DNA of 24,843 bases from Hormoscilla sp. (lineage in GTDB: Bacteria > Cyanobacteriota > Cyanobacteriia > Cyanobacteriales > Desertifilaceae). Position numbers and translations under genes: made by a program. Positions 16,751 through 24,843 of the stretch are shown piece after piece. Each line of letters opens with the position of its first letter. Position 1 is the stretch's first letter. The notes below the pieces were generated by a model, which did no database searches, was not told where the DNA came from, and was given only the letters and a program-made list of their open reading frames with translations. The DNA is taken from positions 1 to 24,843 of the forward strand of contig JBFRWI010000027.1 of NCBI GenBank assembly GCA_051439505.1, given 5' to 3'.

Positions 16751-18157
16751 ATGACCATTCGCCAGTCAACGAATGAAAAAGAAAAACCGGATATATCCTC
16801 TGATGGAAATGCCTCTGATGGGGGAGTTCAGAAGATGACTCGATTGTGGGAAAATAGAGGGAATTGGTGGGCGATCGCGGCAGTAGGAACGGCTTTAACA
16901 GTGATAACTGCTGCGGTCACGACCTTTGCTATTCTCTACAGTTTCGGACTGTCTGATAGGGAAGAAAATCCCCCAGCAGACAGGCGATCGGTCCTTCCTC
17001 AGGCCAGTATAGAACCAGTGGTTGAGGCGGTGGCGGCTTCGGGTTACATCGAACCGGAAGGAGAAGTAATTAGCATATCAGCACCGGCATTTGTGGAAGG
17101 GGCGCGGGTCGAACAATTGTTAGTTAAAAGAGGAGATAAAGTAGAAATTGGAGACCTGGTGGCAATTCTAGATAGCCGCGATCGCCTGGAAGCGGCCCTG
17201 AAACTGGCCCAAGAACAAGTGAAGGTTGCGGAAGCCAATTTAGAGCGAGTAAAAGCGGGAGCCAAACAAGGTACAATAAATGCACAGGAAGCAACTATTG
17301 AAAGATTAAAAGCCGAACTGCAAGGGCAAATTATCGCTCAAGAGGCGACAGTGGCGAGTTTAGAGTCCCGCTTGCAAGGAACTCGGGAAGCACAAGCAGC
17401 AACGATCGACCGTTTGCAGGCCCAGTTAACTAATGCCAAAAGGGAATGTCGGCGCTATCAGAACCTCTATGAAGGGGGGGCGGTATCGGCCTCTCTATAT
17501 GAAAGTACCTGCTTAGCAGAGGAAACTATTAGAGAACAACTGCAAGAGGCGGACGCAGTTTTATTCCGCATTGTCAATACTCTCCCCAAGGATATTAATG
17601 AGGCGAAAGCAAATTTAAACCGCACGGTGACTACCCTGGAAAAGCAGATCCTGGAAGCAGAAGCGAAGTTGGCAGAAATTGCCGAGGTGAGAACCGTAGA
17701 TGTGGCCCTCGCAGCAGCAGAACTTTCTCGGGCGATCGCGGCTGTTTCCCAGGCCCGGGCTAACCTGGATTTAGCTTACGTCAAAACCCCCCGATCGGGT
17801 CAAATTCTCAAGATTCACAGTTGGCCGGGAGAACTGGTGGGGAATAGGGGAATTGTGGAACTCGGTCAAACGGACCAGATGTATGCGATCGCCGAGGTCT
17901 ATGAAACAGATATTGGTAAAATAAAGTTGGGTAATAAAGCCATTGTAACTAGCGATGGATTTAGGGGTCAAATCAAAGGCACCGTTGACGAAATCGCCCT
18001 GCAAATCGGCAAAAAAGACGTTCTGGGAACCGATCCCGCCGCCGCTGCCGATGCGAGGGTAGTAGAAGTAAAAATCCGCCTGGAAGATAGCCAGAAAGTG
18101 GCAGGTTTAACTAACTTAGAAATTAACGCAATTATTGATGTCTCCCGTGAAAAATGA
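16751..18157 (+). CDS. devB: DevB-family membrane fusion protein of an ABC exporter
   Basis: N-terminal TM, VAASGYIEPEGEVI, LLVKRGD, long coiled coil, GQILKIH..PGE, AIAEVYETDI and DARVVEVKIRL. Alternative start ATG 16835. Confidence 0.9.
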   Translation: MTIRQSTNEKEKPDISSDGNASDGGVQKMTRLWENRGNWWAIAAVGTALTVITAAVTTFAILYSFGLSDREENPPADRRSVLPQASIEPVVEAVAASGYIEPEGEVISISAPAFVEGARVEQLLVKRGDKVEIGDLVAILDSRDRLEAALKLAQEQVKVAEANLERVKAGAKQGTINAQEATIERLKAELQGQIIAQEATVASLESRLQGTREAQAATIDRLQAQLTNAKRECRRYQNLYEGGAVSASLYESTCLAEETIREQLQEADAVLFRIVNTLPKDINEAKANLNRTVTTLEKQILEAEAKLAEIAEVRTVDVALAAAELSRAIAAVSQARANLDLAYVKTPRSGQILKIHSWPGELVGNRGIVELGQTDQMYAIAEVYETDIGKIKLGNKAIVTSDGFRGQIKGTVDEIALQIGKKDVLGTDPAAAADARVVEVKIRLEDSQKVAGLTNLEINAIIDVSREK

Positions 18158-19329
18158 TAATTCTCAAACTGCCCACAGCTTGGTTACAACTAAAATATGA
18201 CTTTAGCAGGACAGCAGTAGCCCTATCGGGAATTGTGTTTGCTGTGGTAATGATCTTCATGCAACTAGGTTTCCGCGAAGCCTTATTTGATAGCGCCGTT
18301 CATCTGCATAAAAGTTTGGAGGGGGACATTTTTTTGCTCAGTCCCAGATCTACCTCTTTAACAGCGATGGAAAATTTTTCGGAAAGACGCTTAGAACAAA
18401 CTTTAGCTTTTCGGGAAGTAGCATTTGTCACCCCTATATATTTAGGGTTTGCCCAGTGGAAAAATCCGGAAACTAAAAATTATTGGCGTCCCATCTATGC
18501 TATTGGATTTGAAATTAGAGAAGGAGTTTTTAACCTACCAGGAGTTCAGCAAAATCTAGAGCAACTGAAAAAGCCAGATGTAGTATTATTTGACGCAGCT
18601 TCTCGGTCTGAGTTTGGTCCGGTAGTTGCGGAATTACAGCAGGGAAAAAGGGTGACGACAGAGGTGGGAAACCGAGGACCGGGAAATCGCCGAGTTACCG
18701 TCGTGGGATTATTTAAGTTAGGAACGTCCTTTGGCGCTGATGGTAATTTAATTACTAGCCATTTGAACTTTCTGCGGATTTTCAGTCAACGGCAAAAAGG
18801 ATTGATTGAGATAGGATTAATTAAGTTAAAACCGGGAACTAATATTGAGAGTTTAGTTACCAAGATTAAGCAATTATTACCAGAAGATGTGAAAGTGCTA
18901 TCTAAGGCAGAATTTATTAAATTTGAGCAAGAATATTGGCAAAGCAGTACGGCGATCGGGTTTGTCTTCAACTTGAGTGTAGGGATGGCAATTATTGTCG
19001 GGATTGTGGTAGTCTATCAAATACTTTATACTAATGTCACGGACTATCTGCCAGAATACGCCACCCTGAAAGCGATGGGTTATACTCAAAATTATCTGCT
19101 ATCCTTAGTTTTCCAAGAGGCGATCATCTTAGCAGTTTTAGGTTACGTTCAAGGACTAATTATTGCTTTATTCTCCTATAAATTTTCTCGGGATGCTACA
19201 TCCTTACCAATAGAAATGACTAATATGCGAGCTGTGGTAGTGTTAATCTTAACAGGATTGATGTGTTGCATTGCGGGCGCGATCGCGGTACGGAAACTCC
19301 GAGATGCAGACCCAGCAGATATTTTTTAA
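18154..19329 (+). CDS. devC: DevC-family ABC exporter permease (FtsX-like)
   Basis: AWLQL...GIVFAVVMIFMQLGF, GTSFGADGNLITS, VYQILY...EYATLKAMGY, and C-terminal KLRDADPADIF. ATGA overlap with devB. Confidence 0.93.
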   Translation: MIILKLPTAWLQLKYDFSRTAVALSGIVFAVVMIFMQLGFREALFDSAVHLHKSLEGDIFLLSPRSTSLTAMENFSERRLEQTLAFREVAFVTPIYLGFAQWKNPETKNYWRPIYAIGFEIREGVFNLPGVQQNLEQLKKPDVVLFDAASRSEFGPVVAELQQGKRVTTEVGNRGPGNRRVTVVGLFKLGTSFGADGNLITSHLNFLRIFSQRQKGLIEIGLIKLKPGTNIESLVTKIKQLLPEDVKVLSKAEFIKFEQEYWQSSTAIGFVFNLSVGMAIIVGIVVVYQILYTNVTDYLPEYATLKAMGYTQNYLLSLVFQEAIILAVLGYVQGLIIALFSYKFSRDATSLPIEMTNMRAVVVLILTGLMCCIAGAIAVRKLRDADPADIF

Positions 19330-19370
19330 TGGAGAATGGAGAATATATAATTTAAAATTGAGTCTCATGG

Positions 19371-19425
19371 CCCGCCGGGGGTTCAAACCCCCGGCTAATA
19401 GCTAAAGTCGGTTAAAACCGACTAA
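19371..19425 (+). repeat. Two-hairpin dispersed repeat, copy 2
   Basis: One mismatch versus 16543-16597. Confidence 0.9.
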
Positions 19426-19606
19426 GACCATAATTAAATTCATTTCATTGTAGCCTGGGTTTTCCAAAATGGGATTAAATGTTTAGCAATTAACAATTAA
19501 TAATTAACAATTAGACCATTGAATTAAAGATATTAAAGACTTGACTCTGCATGGATGCATAGATAGGATAGGAGGCGGGAGCCACCGTTCCGGAAAAATC
19601 AGAAGA

Positions 19607-19642
19607 CCGTTCCCAGGTAGAACCGGTAGAACCTGGGAACGA
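19607..19642. repeat. CGTTCCCAGG...CCTGGGAACG palindromic repeat
   Basis: Inverted repeat CGTTCCCAGGT/ACCTGGGAACG with an internal GGTAGAACC duplication, just upstream of devA. Confidence 0.6.
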
Positions 19643-19668
19643 GAGGAAATAAATTGGCATTAAAAATT

Positions 19669-20484
19669 ATGGAATCGGTAGTTGACATTCGTAACCTCAA
19701 TCACTATTATGGCAAAAAAAACCTGCGCAAACAGGTTTTATTTGATATAGATTTAAGCATCGATCGGGGAGAGATTGTGATTCTCACGGGTCCATCAGGA
19801 TCGGGAAAAACGACCTTGCTATCCTTGATCGGAGGTTTGCGTTCGGTGCAAGCAGGAAGTCTGATAACATTAGGGAAAGAATTAAATGGGGCTTCCGAGG
19901 AGCAACTGGTGCGGGTCCGTCGGCATATTGGCTATATTTTTCAAGGTCATAATTTATTACCATTTATGACTGCCCGACAAAATGTCCAAATGTCAGTGGA
20001 ATTGCATGAAAAAAAATCAGACCGGGAAGCGCGTGCTAAATCTGATGCTATACTCAAGGCAGTTGGTCTAGGCCAGCACGTAAACTACTATCCTCAGAAC
20101 CTGTCAGGAGGACAAAAGCAGCGGGTGGCGATCGCCCGTGCCTTGGTAAGTTATCCGCAATTAATATTAGCAGACGAACCCACAGCGGCATTAGACAGTA
20201 AAACAGGTCGAGAGGTAGTGGATCTGATGCATAATTTAGCCAAAGAAGAGGGGGCGGCGATCTTGATGGTAACCCACGACCATCGGATATTGGATCTGGC
20301 CGATCGGATCCTGAAGATGGAGGATGGTACCTTGCTGGGAGAAAAAGCAATAGCCAAAGAAGAATCACAACAAATGGATGCCTATCTACAAAACCTTGCC
20401 AATATTATCCGCGAACATAACCCTCCACCCTCAACTTTAGAAGAAATTGCCGCAATATTGCGCGATCGGACTGTGGAAGACTAA
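19669..20484 (+). CDS. devA: DevA-family ABC exporter ATP-binding subunit with a C-terminal extension
   Basis: IRNLNHYYG, Walker A GPSGSGKT, LSGGQKQRVAIARAL, ILADEPTAALD and VTHD. Alternative start TTG 19654. Confidence 0.93.
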   Translation: MESVVDIRNLNHYYGKKNLRKQVLFDIDLSIDRGEIVILTGPSGSGKTTLLSLIGGLRSVQAGSLITLGKELNGASEEQLVRVRRHIGYIFQGHNLLPFMTARQNVQMSVELHEKKSDREARAKSDAILKAVGLGQHVNYYPQNLSGGQKQRVAIARALVSYPQLILADEPTAALDSKTGREVVDLMHNLAKEEGAAILMVTHDHRILDLADRILKMEDGTLLGEKAIAKEESQQMDAYLQNLANIIREHNPPPSTLEEIAAILRDRTVED

Positions 20485-20531
20485 AGTCTTCACTACGAAC
20501 CGGTGGAAGACTAAAGTCTTCACTACGAACC
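20473..20531 (-). repeat. Tandem pair (30-bp period) of GTAG-type REP-like units
   Basis: GTGGAAGACTAAAGTCTTCACTACGAACC occurs twice. The first copy contains the devA stop codon. Confidence 0.85.
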
Positions 20532-20611
20532 TGGGGCGATCGCGTGCAACTGTGATTCCCAAGAAGAAGCGCGTCGTTCGATAGCTACAGTTAATAAGTG
20601 TTATCTTACCC

Positions 20612-20676
20612 AGTCGGTTTTAACCGACTTTAGCTATTAGCAGGGGGTTTGAACCCCCTGCGGGCTGACAACGAAG
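20612..20676 (-). repeat. Two-hairpin dispersed repeat, copy 3 (inverted)
   Basis: Reverse complement reads CTTCGTTGTCAGCCCGCAGGGGGTTCAAACCCCCTGCTAATAGCTAAAGTCGGTTAAAACCGACT. Confidence 0.9.
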
Positions 20677-20930
20677 CCAGAAAATTAGATATTAGTCAAA
20701 ATGTAGCAATCTTTTGTCAAAATGGATTCTCCATTCTCTGCCAATTGGAAACAACAGCATGATAATATGAAAGCAGTCAAGCGATCGCGGTGGGAAGAAT
20801 GGACGATAATCGGACTGTAGCGAAAAAAAATTACACCCAAGGGCTTTTGCTGAATGCCGATCGCAGGGCAATATTGCTATGCTAAAGAGACGATCCTGCT
20901 TTAAAAATGCCTTGCGGAGCAACTATCCTG

Positions 20931-21839
20931 ATGAGAGAGCGTATACAGCAGCTAACCGAGAACCTCAACCGCACAATTGTGGGGAAAAATGATGCCATCC
21001 GTTTAGTGTTGGTGTCACTGCTAGCAGGGGGTCACGCCTTGCTGGAAGATGTCCCCGGCGTGGGCAAAACCCTACTGGCAAAGTCTTTGGCGCGGTCCAT
21101 TGACGGCAAGTTTCAACGCATTCAATGCACTCCCGACCTCTTACCCAGTGACATCACGGGCACGAATATCTGGAACCCCAGCACCGGTGAGTTTACATTC
21201 ATGCCGGGACCAGCTTTCACTAATGTCCTACTCACCGATGAAATTAACCGCGCTACACCCCGCACTCAGTCAGCATTGTTAGAGGTGATGGAGGAACAAC
21301 AGGTAACGGTAGATGGGGTTTCTCGTGCCGTCGAGAGTCCTTTTTTTGTGATTGCCACCCAAAACCCGATCGAGTATCAGGGCACCTTTCCCCTGCCAGA
21401 AGCGCAGATGGACCGCTTTGCCCTATCATTTTCCTTGGGCTATCCGACAGCAGCAGAGGAACTGCAAATGCTCGAACAAGTCCAAACGGGAATTAAAGTT
21501 GAAGATTTGCAGCCTTGCATTTCCTTAAAAGAGGTACTAGAATTGCAGCAGCTTTGTACTCAGGTGAAAGTGGATAAATCTTTGCAGCAGTATATCGTAG
21601 ATCTGGTCAGGGTGACGCGGTCCGATGAAGAAATCACCCTCGGTGTCAGTCCCAGAGGCGCTGTGATCTTGCAGCGGGCAACCCAAGCCCTGGCATTGAT
21701 CGACGATCGGGATTATGCTACTCCAGATGATGTCAAGTTCTTAGCCCCTTATGTATTGTCCCACCGGATGATCCCAGCAGGGGGCCGTCGGCCAGGAGCC
21801 ATCATCGATCGCCTGCTGCAAGAGGTATCAATTCCTTAG
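20931..21839 (+). CDS. MoxR-family AAA+ ATPase
   Basis: GHALLEDVPGVGKT, RIQCTPDLLPSD, DEINRATPRTQSALLEVM, ATQNPIEYQGTFPLPEAQMDRF and GVSPRG. Alternative start ATG 20907. Confidence 0.95.
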   Translation: MRERIQQLTENLNRTIVGKNDAIRLVLVSLLAGGHALLEDVPGVGKTLLAKSLARSIDGKFQRIQCTPDLLPSDITGTNIWNPSTGEFTFMPGPAFTNVLLTDEINRATPRTQSALLEVMEEQQVTVDGVSRAVESPFFVIATQNPIEYQGTFPLPEAQMDRFALSFSLGYPTAAEELQMLEQVQTGIKVEDLQPCISLKEVLELQQLCTQVKVDKSLQQYIVDLVRVTRSDEEITLGVSPRGAVILQRATQALALIDDRDYATPDDVKFLAPYVLSHRMIPAGGRRPGAIIDRLLQEVSIP

Positions 21840-21848
21840 ATGATAAAA

Positions 21849-21913
21849 TACCGGATATCAAGCGAATATCTGGTAAAGCTATTCATCTGACTGAGTTAAA
21901 TTAGCTCAGTCAG
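21849..21913. terminator. Two intergenic hairpins after the MoxR gene (possible terminator or processing site)
   Basis: TACCGGATAT/ATATCTGGTA (21849-75) and CTGACTGAG/CTCAGTCAG (21887-913). No U-tract follows. Confidence 0.35.
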
Positions 21914-21951
21914 GCTGAAATTGTAAGAGTTGTTGGGAACTGTCTGTAGGA

Positions 21952-23571
21952 ATGTCAAACTATTTAATGAGATTAAAGCATAAGAGCAAAATGCCACAGG
22001 GTTGGAGTAGGAGGGCGATCGCCTTTTTAACCAGTAGCCTTGTGGGGCTGTATGGGAATATGCCCCTAGTGGGAAGTCAAGCAGCCCAGGCGATAACTAC
22101 AGCCCATTGTCAGTTATTGCCAGCGGCAGCACGAGAGAAAGAAAACCTACGAAAAGTAGCATTAGAAGGGGACAAAAAAGCAGAACAGCAATACCAGATT
22201 ATGGTGAAGCAACATGCATCGCAATTACGGGCATGTCGGCGGAGAAATTGGCCTCAAAACCAGGCGATTTGGCTGCGCCTGTATCCCTGCGATGTCCAAC
22301 CGGGAGCGCTGGATTTTCTCATGGACCGCATTGTTAATCTGGGCTACAATCAGGTCTATGTGGAAGCATTTTATGACGGTCAGGTGCTGCTGCCAATGGC
22401 AGACAACCGCACTCCCTGGCCCTCGATAGTGCGATCGCCCGGCACGGAGAGAATCGATCTGTTAGCAGAAGCGATTAAAAAAGGTCGCTCACGGGGGTTA
22501 AAAGTCTATGCCTGGATGTTTACGATGAATTTCGGTTACACCTACTCCCAGTTGCCCGATCGGGAAGTTGCACTAGCCCGCAATGGCGACAACCACACCA
22601 GCGTTTCCATACATGACAAAGCCCAGCAGAACACGGGATATAACTTGCGACAGGGGGACTCCGAGCAAGTCTTCATCGACCCCTACAACCCGCAAGCGAA
22701 ACGGGATTACTACAACATGCTACATGCCGTGCTGCAACGGCAACCAGACGGAGTATTATTTGACTACGTCCGCTATCCACGGCTGATGGGAAAGGCTTCT
22801 ATAGCCAGCAGAGTTCAAGACCTGTGGATTTATGGCCAGGCGTCCCGACAAAATTTATATAGACGTGCCCTCAACCAGAAGGGTCGAGAACTAATCCACA
22901 GGTTCTTAGAGCAAGGATTTATTACCGTCCCAGATATTCGGGAAGTAGATAAGCTCTATCCTGAAGAGGGAGAACCCCTTTGGCAAGGTCGCAAACTCGA
23001 CAATATCTACCCTGCCGAACAAACAGAGTCGGAAAAACCCCAAGAAGATGAGACCGTCGATGAGACTGAGTCTGACGAACAAGTGAAAGCACGTCAAGCT
23101 CAATTACAAGTCGAACTCTGGCAGCTGACTGTCGCTCATGCCGTGCAAGGGATTTTAGATTTTGTGAAGATGGCTAGCTATGCAGCCGAAAGCAAAGGAA
23201 TTCCTACAGGAGTGGTATTTTTTCCCTCTGCTAATAAAGCGATCGGTCAGGGGTTTGACTCTCGCTTGCAACCCTGGGATCGGTTCGAGAGTTCGATGGA
23301 ATGGCATCCCATGTCTTACGGTGTCTGCGGTGATGCCAGTTGCATTGTCTCTGAAGTTAAGCGGGTACTATCTTTGGCACCCGATAACGCCCAGATCCAA
23401 CCAGTATTAGCAGGAAATTGGGGGCGCGCGCTCCGCAACCGTCCTTCCCTAGAAGTACAGATGCAAGCAATTCGTCAAGTTGCTCCCCAAATTAGAACCA
23501 TCAGCCATTTCGCCTATTCTTGGCAAGAACCAGAAATTGACCGCAAGCGGATGATTTGCGACCGGAGGTAA
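21952..23571 (+). CDS. Glycosyl hydrolase-like family 10 (DUF187/GHL10) exported protein
   Basis: AIWLRLYPCD, LGYNQVYVEAFYDGQVLLP, GLKVYAWMF, FIDPYNPQA, PDGVLFDYVRYP and WHPMSYG. N-terminal SRR-hydrophobic-AQA signal-like segment; start uncertain (21952 or 21991). Confidence 0.8.
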   Translation: MSNYLMRLKHKSKMPQGWSRRAIAFLTSSLVGLYGNMPLVGSQAAQAITTAHCQLLPAAAREKENLRKVALEGDKKAEQQYQIMVKQHASQLRACRRRNWPQNQAIWLRLYPCDVQPGALDFLMDRIVNLGYNQVYVEAFYDGQVLLPMADNRTPWPSIVRSPGTERIDLLAEAIKKGRSRGLKVYAWMFTMNFGYTYSQLPDREVALARNGDNHTSVSIHDKAQQNTGYNLRQGDSEQVFIDPYNPQAKRDYYNMLHAVLQRQPDGVLFDYVRYPRLMGKASIASRVQDLWIYGQASRQNLYRRALNQKGRELIHRFLEQGFITVPDIREVDKLYPEEGEPLWQGRKLDNIYPAEQTESEKPQEDETVDETESDEQVKARQAQLQVELWQLTVAHAVQGILDFVKMASYAAESKGIPTGVVFFPSANKAIGQGFDSRLQPWDRFESSMEWHPMSYGVCGDASCIVSEVKRVLSLAPDNAQIQPVLAGNWGRALRNRPSLEVQMQAIRQVAPQIRTISHFAYSWQEPEIDRKRMICDRR

Positions 23572-23648
23572 TGGCTAATGGCTAATTGCTAATTGCTAAT
23601 TGCTAAAATGAGCGATTCCCCTCTCCATTAGCAATTAGCAATTAGCAT
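23569..23648. repeat. Inverted heptamer arrays (TAATGGC/TAATTGC x6 and CAATTAG x3) forming a hairpin after the GHL10 gene
   Basis: Read directly; the two arrays are complementary. Confidence 0.8.
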
Positions 23649-23653
23649 CACCT

Positions 23654-23682
23654 GTAGGTTGGGTTGAGGCACGAAACCCAAC
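23654..23682 (+). repeat. GTAG-type REP-like palindrome
   Basis: GTAG GTTGGGTT GAGGCACGA AACCCAAC. A related inverted copy lies at ~24616-24643. Confidence 0.75.
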
Positions 23683-23785
23683 GTCCACGCTTTGTTTCAC
23701 GTTATCCTCTAGTCGTCAAAGTCAGAGGTTTTTATTGTGGGTGATTACCCAGACATGATATTAATCTACACCGCAGTCAAACAAT

Positions 23786-24391
23786 ATGCCTTATAGCGAA
23801 TTCAAAACGATCGGGAAAGTCAAAGCTGATTTCAACCTGACAACTAGAGAAGGGGTGAGATTTCTGCCGGACCTAGAGCCCCACGCCCCTTCCGAGATGC
23901 TAACAGCTTTTCTGCGGCAGAGTTTGCCCTTAGCAGTAGCAACGGGCAGCGAGAAGGCGCGATCGGAAATGATTATTGCTCCAGTGCTGCTAGAAGTCAG
24001 AGAAATATTACAACAACAAATTAGCCTCTTCTCTGGGGAAGAGTTTAACGTCGATCCTGCCAGTGGGTTGAGTGGCTTTTGTGACTTTCTCATTAGCCGA
24101 TCGCCCGAATTGCTGGAAATAGAAGCCCCAGCAGTGGCCATTGTCGAAGCCAAACGAGCGGATATAAAAACTGGCATCAGTCAATGCGTAGCCACAATGG
24201 TTGCTGCACAGCAATTCAATCAAGCAAAGCAACAACCCATTTCCAGAATCTATGGCTGCGTCAGTAGTGGCACCCAGTGGAGATTTATACAGCTAGAAAA
24301 CCAAACAGTCACTATTGATTTAATGGATTATCCGCTACCGCCTGTAGGACAAATCCTCGCTTTTCTCCTCTGGATGATTCAGGAAGGATAA
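23786..24391 (+). CDS. Hypothetical protein with a PD-(D/E)XK restriction-endonuclease-like motif
   Basis: SEKARSE.IIAPVL, GLSGFCDFLIS...IVEAKR...GISQCVA, and IYGCVSSGTQWRF. Confidence 0.75.
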   Translation: MPYSEFKTIGKVKADFNLTTREGVRFLPDLEPHAPSEMLTAFLRQSLPLAVATGSEKARSEMIIAPVLLEVREILQQQISLFSGEEFNVDPASGLSGFCDFLISRSPELLEIEAPAVAIVEAKRADIKTGISQCVATMVAAQQFNQAKQQPISRIYGCVSSGTQWRFIQLENQTVTIDLMDYPLPPVGQILAFLLWMIQEG

Positions 24392-24513
24392 CTGATTACG
24401 GCAAATATATATAGCACAGGTATCTTTCGGTTGAAATTAATGTAAAATATCTTAATATTACCTTGATTTAAGGTGAACAGCCTCGGGTGCATCTCATATT
24501 TGCAGGTCTATCT

Positions 24514-24583
24514 GTAGGGGCGAAGCATTTGGGCGACCAATTATGACATAAGACGACAGATATAGGATCCAAATGCTTCGCCC
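24514..24583 (+). repeat. GTAG-type long REP-like hairpin
   Basis: GTAG GGGCGAAGCATTTGG...CCAAATGCTTCGCCC (15-bp perfect IR). GTGCATCTCA occurs at 24487 and 24584. Confidence 0.75.
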
Positions 24584-24791
24584 GTGCATCTCAATGCAAC
24601 TGCAGTCTCGGGGAAGTTGGGTAAGTAGCGGAAACCCAACCTACAAACGCTAATTTTTACAGAAGGTGGGCGATGCCTAATGAAAATATTTTCAGTTTCT
24701 CTCACTCATGCAATTAGGGTGTGGTCAAAAGTAGTTGATAGCCGGGTGCATTGATGATACATATAGCCCAGGCCGCCACAAGCATGTAAGA

Positions 24792-24843
24792 GTTACAGAC
24801 AGCGGCGCAACGGTTACAGACAGCGGCGCAACGGTTACAGACA
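24792..24843. repeat. 21-bp tandem repeat GTTACAGACAGCGGCGCAACG (at least 2.5 units, runs off the window)
   Basis: Exact units at 24792 and 24813, partial unit at 24834. Confidence 0.85.

Noticed and set aside
20692..20922. 76-aa minus-strand ORF; likewise 12304-12519 and the many antisense or overlapping ORFs inside the called genes
   Set aside because: No recognisable motifs and atypical composition. Most are shadows of well-supported genes on the opposite strand or in another frame.

Overview
A 24.8-kb chromosomal window from a cyanobacterium, most likely a filamentous one. HIP1 octamers (GCGATCGC) are abundant, and there are heptamer STRR-type arrays and many GTAG-type palindromic repeats. 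The housekeeping backbone is surE, an MBL-fold hydrolase and ribF on the minus strand, pheS, a devBCA-type ABC exporter, a MoxR AAA+ ATPase and a GHL10/DUF187-like protein. Accessory DNA interleaved with it includes: (1) a STAS-like/PIN pair whose PIN gene carries two frameshifts; (2) directly after pheS, a pseudoknot-capable structured element, a secreted Cys/His-rich two-repeat mini-protein, a 57-bp copy of internal pheS sequence, a nested MITE with a perfect 10-bp target duplication, and a C-terminally truncated orphan MNT antitoxin; (3) a ~1380-aa sacsin/Hsp90-like ATPase plus DUF3883 nuclease protein (Tiamat-like defence candidate) with an expanded tandem-repeat linker; (4) a signal-less, Cys-free protein fusing N-terminal RTX Ca-binding repeats to two amino-acid-binding SBP domains, upstream of an ABM-like gene and devBCA. 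No rRNA, tRNA, CRISPR array or intact transposase was seen. All family calls come from motif recognition by eye, not from database searches.
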